Source of the DNA: Hyaloraphidium curvatum SAG 235-1
Lineage: Eukaryota > Fungi > Monoblepharomycota
Assembly: GCA_025558095.1 (NCBI GenBank)
Contig: JAIVFI010000014.1
Location: 124,001-188,000 of the forward strand
Direction: 5' to 3'
DNA length: 64,000 bases
A program made the position numbers and the translations under genes. The notes beneath the pieces were generated by a model. That model was not told the origin of the DNA. It worked only from the letters and a program-made list of their open reading frames with translations, and searched no databases. This document shows positions 55,786 through 64,000 of this stretch, one piece after another; position 1 is the first letter of the stretch, and the number at the start of each line of letters is the position of its first letter.

Positions 55786-58191
55786 TCAAGCGTCAACAAG
55801 ATCGATCACCTCTGCCGGGCCGGATTGCTTCCGTCCATCCACGCCATCGGCAGCGACTTCGAGATCGATGACTTCTGCGGGACCGGATGGCTTCCGCCTC
55901 GCCTCGCCATCCGCTGTGACTTCGATCTCGTCCACGTCGGGGAACTTGGCGAGCCAGATGAGCATGTCCTGGTCTAAGACAACGCTGCCGAGAGTTTTTC
56001 GGCAATGCGGACAGATCCACTCATTCACCGGCTTGCTGAAGTCGACCTCCGTGCGCAGAACCTGGGAAGTCGTGCCGTTGAAGAAAGCGTGGGTGAAACG
56101 ATTGCCAAACTCACCGTTCCTTCAATGCACTCCGGATGCGTGCAGTTAGACCCGCGAAGCGGCACTTCAAGCCTCTTGCGCGTAAGTGCCGAAAGCAGCG
56201 AGACCGAACGAGACACTAGGACGATTTCATCATCCTCCACGCCGCCTCCTCTCTCCTCTTCTCGGTTTCTCGGCGACAGCCTTTCGAGGGAGAGTTGCGC
56301 GGCCGCGTGGCCCTGTCCAGCTGCGACTCCGAACCATCTGGCAGCTTTAACTAGATCCTGGGCGATGCCCTTGCCCTCCTCATAGCACCGCCCGAGCTCA
56401 TTTTGGGCCTCGACGTGGCCCTGGTGGCCGCCTTGCGGAACAATCGAGCTGCCTCTGCAAGATCCTGAGGGATGCCACTACCAGCAGCACAGAGCTGCCC
56501 CAGGCGCAGTTGTCCGTCTGCGTGCCCCTGGTCGGCCGCCATGCGGTACCATCGTGCGGCTCCGACGAGATCCTGCGGCACGCCTGTGCCATTTTGGTAG
56601 CACACTCCAAGGTTGGCCTGCCCACCCCTGTGGTGTTGATCGGCCGCCATGCGGTACCATCGTGCGGCTTCTGCGAGGTCCTGCGGAACGCCCTCGCCCC
56701 TCTGGTAGCACACCCCGAGCTTGACCTGCCCGTCCGCGTCGCCTTTGTCAGCCAACTTGCGGAACCATCGGGCGGCCTCAGCAAGGTCCCGTTGGACGCC
56801 AATGCCCTTCTCATAGCACTCTCCGAGATTGAACTGCCCTTCCACATCGTCCTGATCAGCAGCCTTGCGGTAACACCGTGCGGCCTCGGGGAGGTCCTCC
56901 GGGACGCCTCTACCCGTTGCGTAACACCACCCCAGGATGAATTGCCCGTACGCATCGCCCTGTTCAGCAGCCATGCGGTACCACCGCGTCGCCTCTGCAA
57001 GATCACAGGGAACGCCGGTGCCTTTCTCGTAGAACATCCCGAGGCGCACCTGTCCCGCTGCATGCCCTTGTTCGGCCGCCTTGTGGTACCACCGAGCTGC
57101 CTCCGCGAGATCCCGAGGGACGCCATTGCCATTCTCGTAGGATGCTCCAATATTATACTGTCCCATCGCATGGCCCTGGTCAGCCGCCTTGCGGTACCAT
57201 CGTGTGGACTCGGTGAAGTTCTGCGCAACGCCCTCGCCTTTGTAGAAGCAATCTGCGACCTTGAGCAGCCCGTCCACGTGACCCGTGTTAGCTGCCTTGC
57301 GGTACCAATGAAGAGCCTTTGCGAGGTCATGAGGGGCGCCGTTGCCCTTCTCGAATAGCAGGCCAAGCTGCAACTGCGCAACCACGTGCCCTTGGATGGC
57401 GGCCTTCCGGAACCAGCGTGCGGCCTGGGCAAAATCTTGCGCAACGCCGTCGCCGTCCCTGTACGACACACCAAGGTTGAACTGCCCGTCCGCGTAGCCC
57501 TTTTCAGCTGCCTTGCGGTACCATTGTAGAGCTTCCGCAAGATCCTGAACCACGCCCAGGCCGTTCTCGTAGCACGTTCCGAGGTAGAACTGGCCGCTGG
57601 GCTCTCTCTGCTCAGCGGCCTTTCCGTACCATCGCGCCGCCTCTGCAAGGTCCTGCGAGACGCCCTCGCCATTCTGGTAGCACAGGCCAAGGCTGACCTG
57701 CCCGCTCACGTGGCCCTGCTCCGCTGCCATGCGGTACTATCGTGCGGCTTCGACGAGATCCTGCAGAATGCCCTCGCCGTTCTTGTGACACGCCGCGAGG
57801 TTGAACTGCCCGTCTGCGTTGCCCTGATCAGCCGCCTTGCGAAACCACCGCGCCGCCTCGGTAGAATCTTTGGTGACACCCAAGCCTTCCGGTGGAACTC
57901 CCCAAGTTTGTTCTGTGCGAGCGCGTGGCCCTGTTCGGCGGCCATGCGGTACCACCGTAAGGCTTCGGACGCAGCTTGATCCTTCCTGATACCTGGGCTG
58001 GTCTCATAGAACTGTCCCAGCTTGTACTGGGCAAACGCGTCGCCGGCGACTGCGGCCTGAGTGTCCTTCATGGCCTGTTCAATGTCGCGAGTCCGCTCCG
58101 CCGAGCTCTCCAATGCGGTTGCTGCCGGCTTCGGCACCGCTGCCACCTTCTGCTCGGCAACATTGGCCGGTTTCGCTTTGGCGCTCAGCAT
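55786..58191 (-). pseudogene. Disrupted Sel1-like-repeat protein (about 15-16 repeats) fused to an SP-RING/MIZ zinc finger and SIM-like motifs
   Basis: 36-aa repeats QDLAEAARWYRxAAxQGxxxGQxxLGxxYxxGxGV; frameshift near 57888, TGG->TAG at 57737..57739, frameshift near 56426; then VSLL...PLRGSNCTHPEC|...WICPHC...EIEVTADG...EVIDL x2. Confidence 0.78.
56290..58040 (-). repeat. Coding tandem repeat array with about 108-bp period (Sel1-like repeats)
   Basis: Recurrent GCGGTACCA / GCCTTGCGG / CAAGATCCTG words at roughly 108-nt spacing. Confidence 0.85.
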
Positions 58192-58615
58192 TTGGAAACA
58201 CTGGTTCTGCCGGACGAATTCGTCGTCGAATGGGGGACGCTCTAAACAACCGTGCGGAAGACTTTCCTTCGCACCAACTACGCGTCCGCCTCCCGCTATG
58301 TACGCGAAAATCCCACCGCAATACCTCCATCGCCGCCTACCCGTCCCGTCCACATCGATTAGCAGCCAGATAAGCCGGCGGCGGCCTACGATGGGCCGAC
58401 CGTGACAATGCCAAGTGCTGCGAGACGGACGTGTTCTCACCCTCGGGTTCGAGCGCCGCATTGTCTGGCGCGCCGCGCAATGTGCGCGGCGATGCCCTGA
58501 ATTTGCGGCTACATCCCCATCCGGTCCCCATGTGGCGTTTCCCGGGCCTTGTAAACAATGAAACAGTCTCCCATCACCGGCCGGCACCCAGCGTCCGCAT
58601 CACGGCGTGTCCGCG

Positions 58616-59566
58616 ATGCCGTTCCGCGTGCGCGAGCAGCGCACCATGACCTCGTCGCCGCGGTTCCTGCTGTGGCACCCGCCGGGGCTGGACGCGTCCA
58701 AGCGGTGGCCGGTCATATTCTACTTTGCGCCCGAGTCGGAGCTGCGCGCGGCGCTCGCGAGCACGGCGTCGGACGGGCTGCTGGACATCTTGGCTCGGCC
58801 GGGCGGGCCGGCGCACTCGGAAAGGGCGCGGTCGTCGGCGCTCGCCTCCGCATCGGTCGTCGTCTGCGCGCCGTTCCTGTCGTCGCTGCCGGCGGCTCCC
58901 GCTGCGGTCGAGGACGCGATTGCGGATGCCACCGCTGAGCTCCCCGCAAATGCCGAAAAGGTGTACGTTGTGGGCCGCGGAGAGGGCGCCGCCCGGGCCT
59001 GGGAACTCGCGTCAAACTGTCCTTGGAGGTTCGCTGGCCTCGCCGTGTGGGACTTGCCCGCAGCCGAGGACTGGGAGGCCGGAGCGCCCGTGCAGATACA
59101 GGGCGCAAAGGGTACCAAGACGACGCCGCGGACTCGCTTGGACGAACAGTGCGAGGCCCTCCGGCGGATGCCCGTCTGGGTCTACTCTTCCTCGGATCCC
59201 CCACCGCTTTCGGACCCCCAGCTCGGCCAAGCGGACCCGCCAAAACCGGCCAGGAAGCTGAAAGTCACCGTCGGACCTCCGAAAGCATCACCGCCGGCCC
59301 CGAAACCGCCCCCGGAGCCCGAGCTGCCGCCTCCTTTCGCGGATACCCTCCGCGAGCTGATCGCCGCCAAGCTGCCCCCGCCCGCCGCGGGTTCCGAGCT
59401 GGCATTTGGCGGCCTCCGTGCTGCAGGATCGGTGAAGGTGCTTCGGACAATGGTCGGGGGCAAGGACGACGGCCGGCCGCGGATCGCCGGCGCGCCGTTC
59501 GAGAAGTTTGACTTTTGGAGGTGGTTGCTGGGGCATTCCAGGCCCAGGGGTCCGGGCAGGATGTAA
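58616..59566 (+). CDS. Alpha/beta-hydrolase-fold protein resembling the 'predicted peptidase / esterase' type, catalytic motif degenerate; intronless
   Basis: FLLWHP...KRWPVIFY...KVYVVGRGEGAARAWELA...PWRFAG...MPVWVY...WRWLLGH layout. Confidence 0.65.
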   Translation: MPFRVREQRTMTSSPRFLLWHPPGLDASKRWPVIFYFAPESELRAALASTASDGLLDILARPGGPAHSERARSSALASASVVVCAPFLSSLPAAPAAVEDAIADATAELPANAEKVYVVGRGEGAARAWELASNCPWRFAGLAVWDLPAAEDWEAGAPVQIQGAKGTKTTPRTRLDEQCEALRRMPVWVYSSSDPPPLSDPQLGQADPPKPARKLKVTVGPPKASPPAPKPPPEPELPPPFADTLRELIAAKLPPPAAGSELAFGGLRAAGSVKVLRTMVGGKDDGRPRIAGAPFEKFDFWRWLLGHSRPRGPGRM

Positions 59567-59664
59567 TGTAAGGCGGGAGGCGGATGGTTGCATAAGGCGA
59601 TTGAGCTGCCCAAAGGTGAACTCGCGTCCCTGACCGACTCTCAACTCTCCCTCGCCTCGCACCA

Positions 59665-61647
59665 ATGCAGACCCGTTCCCGCGCCAAAGCCCCCGCGAAG
59701 CGGAAGGCGCACGCCCCGCCGCCGGAGGCCGATGCGCCGGCGCAGCCCGTTGCCTCCGCGCCCGGGGAGGTCGCGCTCCCGATCGAGCTCATTTCGTCCG
59801 TCATGGAGATCCTCGGCAAGCGCGGCCTCAGGGCCACGCTCCTTGAGTTCATGCTGGCCAGCAAGCGGTGCTACGTGCTCGGACTGCGGGACCTCGCGGG
59901 CGACCTCGTCCTGGGACCGCGCGAGGGGTTCGGGCCCGAGAAACTGGCGCTCCTGGCGCGCGGCTACGAGTACGCGGGCGAACCCGTGCCGCGGCTCGTG
60001 AGGACGCTCAATATCGCGCCCGGCATCACGTGGACGGCCGCGAGGCTCAAGGTGCTGAAGAAAGTGTTGGTCGGGGTGGAGCGCTTGGAGGTCGAGTTGC
60101 GAGGCCCGAACGTTGTCAAGTCCATCTGGAACCAGCTGCAGGGCGCTCAGGAGCTCAAATGGCTGAGGCTCGGTTTTTTTGCCAACGCGGTCGAAGCTTT
60201 TGACGACCGATCCGCCCTTCCGTCCTCTGTTCGTCACTTGGTTCTCAGCGTTGACACAGTGCGAGACCGTGAGCGCGGCGGTCGGAGCTTGCCGAACACT
60301 TCTTCTCTGAGAGCGATGGTGGAGCGGGCGCCGAACCTCGAAAGCATCCGCTTTGTTGGAGAGAAGCTGCTCACGACGGGAAACTGGGCTTCGAGCCCGG
60401 CCGTGTTCAGCAAGTTTGTCGGCATATTTGGGGCCTTCTTCAACTCCGTTGCGGATCTTGCTTCACGACCCGGTGTTCGCATACCTTATCTGAGGCTTCG
60501 CGTTTGGGACTTTGGCAACATCAACTGGGATGTCATAGCCAGGCTGGGTGTCCGCACATTGGAAGTCTCCGCCGTCACTCTCGACTCCGTTCGGCGGCTC
60601 CTAGGTACCGCGGTCCCGGCATGCCGAACGCCCTCCCACCCCTCAGCCGTGTTGCCGCCGCCGTCCCCCTTCATGTCCCCCATTTTGCTGTCCGCCGCCG
60701 TCGACCGTGGCTGCGCGGGAGGGGCGCCGAGGGGTGCAGCGCGTGAGGGACGTCCGACGGGGAGCGGCGCCGGGTTGCCCCCACCGCGCCTCGTCCAGCC
60801 GCCGCGCCGCCGCCGCCGCACAGGAACGCACGCGCCGTCACCGCGGTGGTGTCCTCCGGCCCAGGGAGCCGTTCCGGTGGACGTGGGAGCCGGTTTGGGC
60901 GAGGGGGTGTTGGGCGCGCGCTCCGCCCGGGGTCTGGCCCCCACCGGCCCGGAAGCCCCCCGGCAGGGGATCTCACTACCCATGCATTTCCCGACGGGTT
61001 TTATTGCATGAAAAGCGTGCGTATGCATCTCAACGTCCGAATCCCGCGCGCCGCCGGCGGGCGTCCACGGGGGAAAGAACTGGGCGCGAAAAGTTATTGT
61101 AGCCTGCTGCCCTGTAGCTCGGGGCTTCGCCCCTCGCCCAGACCGCTCGCTGTGCTCGCGGGGGCCGCTCCGCGGCAAAAGCTTGCAGGCAGGTAGCGGC
61201 GGGAGACGTGCGTGCCTGCGGCGGTGGGGTACGTGCCCGCTGGCGCGGGGCTCGCTGGCGCTCGCGGACCGCTCCGCGGCAGAGCTTGCAGGCAGGTAGC
61301 GGCGGGGGGAGCGATACCAGCTGCCAAACGACCTGGAATCAGTGTACCAGACGCGGCAGTGACCATTCGCGGCGCAACCTGGAACCAGTGAACCAGACTC
61401 GGCCCCGGGGAATCCATGTGGTCTCGAACGCATTGTGATGTGCCACTGGTTTATGGACTTCCTCCAGTGGCCGCAGGCGGACGACTTCAGGTTCTCACAG
61501 ATCCGACAGCGTCTTACTCAGGCCAACTTCGGGCAGCTCGTGATTCACGACAGGCAAGCTATGGGTCAAGTCGAAATCGACTTTTGGAACTCGGTCGGAG
61601 TGCATTGGGCCACAAAGGCCGAAGTCGAGGGCTGGAGAGATCCGTGA
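59665..61647 (+). CDS. F-box-like lineage-specific protein interrupted by an insertion or long intron of about 790 nt (60605..61396)
   Basis: LPIELISSVMEIL...TLLEFMLASKR; family-like sequence stops near 60604 and resumes near 61397 (GNPCGLERIVM...FSQIRQRL...EIDFW, cf. FGRVRAAL...EEFW in 10537). Confidence 0.6.
61165..61306. repeat. Imperfect direct repeat of about 39 bp (two copies, 104 bp apart)
   Basis: CCGCTCCGCGGCAAAAGCTTGCAGGCAGGTAGCGGCGGG at 61165..61203 and CCGCTCCGCGGCAGAGCTTGCAGGCAGGTAGCGGCGGG at 61269..61306. Confidence 0.85.
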
Positions 61648-61715
61648 CTGCCACAAGCCATCTTTGTAGCAGCAACTGAGCCGCAAGTTACTCTAATGGC
61701 AAACAGCATAACCAA

Positions 61716-64000
61716 TCACTTGGCCTCGGCAAACAGTCCGCCCGGCCCAGCAAACACGTCGTCATCGTCGTCCTCCACCGCCTCTCCGCCATCCGTACTC
61801 GCCGCGTCCCGATCCACACCGCGAGACCCGATCCCAAACATCTTCCCGGCCAACTTCCGCTCCTCCTTTGTTCCCGCCTTTGCCAGGGCCTCCCTCCTTT
61901 CCTTCACCGCCTGCGGCACCCTCTCGCCCATCCCCCTGGCAATTTCGGCGACGGCCAGCGAGGTCTTCTCGTCCATGAGGGGCAGCATTGCCCGCCGCAG
62001 GCTGTCGAACAAGTTCGGCACCGCCGCTTCCTCCCGCTTCAGCAGCGCCTTGACCCGTTCCCGTTCGCCGGGCGCCGCGAAGCAGGCCGGGCAGTTCTCG
62101 TTGATAATTGGTAGCCCGGCCTTGACGGCAAACTCGCGCGTCTCCTTCTCCCTGACGTAGACCAGCGGCCTGATGATCCTCAGCCCGTCCTTCTCGGCGT
62201 AGCACGCCCGCATCGTCCGAAGCTGCCCGTTGCGCGACATGGCCATGTACATGCTCTCGGCGAGGTCGTCCAGGTGCTGCGCAAGGATCAGCGCGGTCAT
62301 CCCTTCGCGGCGCGCGGCGGTGTAGAGGTGGCCCCTCTTCATGCGGGCACAGTAAGAGCAGTACTCGTCGGAGCCCTGCGGGAGGGTCTGCCGCGCCATG
62401 GCAAAGATCTCGGTGCGCTCGTAGTGGTAGGGAACTCCCAGCCTGGCCATGTACGGGATCAGGGGCGAAGGATCAAAGGCCTCGGTGCCGGGATCGATGG
62501 TGCACGCCGCGAGCTCGAAGGGCACCTGGATCTGCCCGCGAAGGTGCAGGAGCACGTGGAGGAGGGACAGCGAGTCCTTGCCGCCCGAGAGGCCAAGTAG
62601 CAGGCGGTCGCCGGGGCGGATCATGTCCCATTCCCAGATGGCTTTTCGGCAAAGGAACAGGAGACGTCGAGGCGGAACAGGGTGGAGCTGAGGAGCGGGG
62701 GAGGAAAGCAGGCCGAGGACCGCGGATGCGTTCGTGCCCTGATTGCTGGAGGCGGGTTCGACCGGCAAGGCCACGCGCTGCGAGCCGATCTTGCCGTTGA
62801 CGCCACGTTTGGGCTGCTTCAGTTCGCGCTTGGTCGGGGTCGGGGCCAGAGAGGCCGTCGGGAGGGGAGGCGGCGTCGGCGAAACCCTCGCCTGTGCCGG
62901 AGCGACTGTAATGGTACCCGTCGCGGGATCGTAGGCGTCCGTTCTCCGCGGCGCCAGACAGGGCAAGCAGACCCCGTCCCCGTCGGCCGAAGGCAGCGCG
63001 CAGGCCGATTCGATGCCGTCCAATGACGCACTCTGCCCCAACCCCGCGCGATAGCGCTCGGGATTCACCACGCAAGCAGCATCCACATCGCCGTGCGGCT
63101 CACCCAGGTCCCCTGCCGCCTCAAGCTGGAGCGCCCTCCGGGCTTCGACCGGCATCGCGAACCACCTGAGTCCTCCAAGCAGCTCTTCCTCCGGCTCCGG
63201 CAGCTTCTTCTTAAGCGCTTCGAGCGGCATGGTCTCCATGATCTCCCGCGCACGGCGACGCACTTCGCGGAGGGAAGTCGTGACCGGCGCCTCCTCGACG
63301 GCGGCAGGCCCGAACGGATCAAAATCGATTGCCAGCCACCTCCGCTCGGCAAACTTGCCAAACGCAGCCGAGAATCCCCATTCTCCAGTGTTGGCATCGT
63401 GCCGATAAAGAGGCAACATCCTCCAGCCCATCTCGGCCACCTCCCTCACGGCCTCGAGCACGTGCTCAACCTCCTCCTCTGGGGCAAAGTACGCCAGCGA
63501 GAACCTCACTGCGCCCGGCCGCGCGTGCTCGGCTGGATGCTGGGACCCGACGAGCAGGTCCTCGGTGGCCTGCACAGCCGCAGGCGACAGGCCCAGCAAG
63601 CGTTGTATGTACGGCCCGGCGCACATGCACCCGGCGCGAACCTGAATGCCGTAGAGATCGTTCAGGAGGCGAGCAACAAAGTTGTGGTGGAGAAAGGCGG
63701 CTCGGCCTTCCGAGTTGGGCGGAGGATGAGGGAAGCGAACGAGGAAGGAAAACACGGGGAGCCGCGGGCCATCCTCGGGGCCCAAGAGGCACAAGTTCGG
63801 GGAGCTCCGAAGCAATTTGAGCCCGCGGGCAACCAACTCTCCCTCGCGGTCCATGATAGTCGCGACTCCGACCGCCTGCTTGACCTTGAAGGCCAGGCCC
63901 GCGCGGACACAGCCCACAACGTCCGGCGTGCCGCCTTCCTCCCTTTCGGCGCGGTCGGCGAGGTACCTGTGCCCGTCGGCCGACACGAAAAACACGGATC
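61716..64000 (-). CDS. Fusion protein: class-V PLP aminotransferase (cysteine-desulfurase-like) plus TtcA-type PP-loop tRNA 2-thiolation enzyme; 5' end outside the window
   Basis: One uninterrupted frame: REEGGTPD...LHHNFVARLLNDLYGIQVRAGCMCAGPY...RPGAVRFS, linker, then LLGLSGGKDS, CSYCARMKRG, AQHLDDLAES, IIRPL, NENCPAC. Confidence 0.9.
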   Translation of the reverse strand, partial: SVFFVSADGHRYLADRAEREEGGTPDVVGCVRAGLAFKVKQAVGVATIMDREGELVARGLKLLRSSPNLCLLGPEDGPRLPVFSFLVRFPHPPPNSEGRAAFLHHNFVARLLNDLYGIQVRAGCMCAGPYIQRLLGLSPAAVQATEDLLVGSQHPAEHARPGAVRFSLAYFAPEEEVEHVLEAVREVAEMGWRMLPLYRHDANTGEWGFSAAFGKFAERRWLAIDFDPFGPAAVEEAPVTTSLREVRRRAREIMETMPLEALKKKLPEPEEELLGGLRWFAMPVEARRALQLEAAGDLGEPHGDVDAACVVNPERYRAGLGQSASLDGIESACALPSADGDGVCLPCLAPRRTDAYDPATGTITVAPAQARVSPTPPPLPTASLAPTPTKRELKQPKRGVNGKIGSQRVALPVEPASSNQGTNASAVLGLLSSPAPQLHPVPPRRLLFLCRKAIWEWDMIRPGDRLLLGLSGGKDSLSLLHVLLHLRGQIQVPFELAACTIDPGTEAFDPSPLIPYMARLGVPYHYERTEIFAMARQTLPQGSDEYCSYCARMKRGHLYTAARREGMTALILAQHLDDLAESMYMAMSRNGQLRTMRACYAEKDGLRIIRPLVYVREKETREFAVKAGLPIINENCPACFAAPGERERVKALLKREEAAVPNLFDSLRRAMLPLMDEKTSLAVAEIARGMGERVPQAVKERREALAKAGTKEERKLAGKMFGIGSRGVDRDAASTDGGEAVEDDDDDVFAGPGGLFAEAK

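Noticed and set aside
56290-58040. Regular 108-bp periodicity as a CRISPR-like or satellite array
   Set aside because: Explained by protein-coding Sel1 repeats; no constant repeat with unique spacers
60601-60630. CTAG plus a nearby CGGCATGCCG palindrome as a Helitron 3' end
   Set aside because: The flanking base does not fit A/T insertion and no matching 5' TC end could be fixed
44-63919. Hundreds of long overlapping Arg/Pro/Gly/Ala-rich ORFs in the six-frame track
   Set aside because: Shadow frames expected from very high GC and stop-codon scarcity; they overlap better-supported genes and lack motifs
1-64000. Prokaryotic operons, defence systems, rRNA or tRNA genes
   Set aside because: Spliceosomal introns and eukaryote-specific genes throughout; no RNA-gene signature recognised by eye

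Overview
Gene-dense, very GC-rich eukaryotic nuclear DNA, not prokaryotic. Genes are split by many short (about 40-100 nt) GT-AG introns with CTGAC/CTCAC-type branch sites, which is why the six-frame ORF track is fragmented. Gene content and intron style suggest an early-diverging (zoosporic, chytrid/monoblepharid-like) fungus; this is inference. About 35 genes or gene relics can be supported. Conserved or recognisable genes: Rieske RIP1, a KDM4-type JmjN/JmjC demethylase, VPS11, TANGO6/RTP1, a Gbp2/Hrb1-like RRM protein, a GPATCH8-like protein, a PTH2-like protein, a cytochrome P450, a GH27 alpha-galactosidase, a tyrosinase and a Gal80-like oxidoreductase. Lineage-expanded families are interleaved: five F-box-like genes, two Gly-rich secreted paralogues, two tandem secreted Ig/ASH-domain paralogues, and five members of a 7-TM family. 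Main highlights: (1) the 7-TM family has the inverted topology and TM7 region expected of the gustatory-receptor/DUF3537 7-TM ion-channel superfamily, adds a conserved H-x3-D-x2-C-x-C-x4-C motif, and shows birth-and-death evolution; (2) a cysteine-desulfurase-like PLP enzyme is fused to a TtcA-type tRNA thiolase; (3) a disrupted Sel1-repeat + SP-RING + SIM fusion (SUMO-ligase-like); (4) a G-patch/zinc-finger protein with 11 GGW repeats; (5) several probable pseudoenzymes. Exon boundaries were read by eye. No rRNA, tRNA, CRISPR array or autonomous transposon was recognised.
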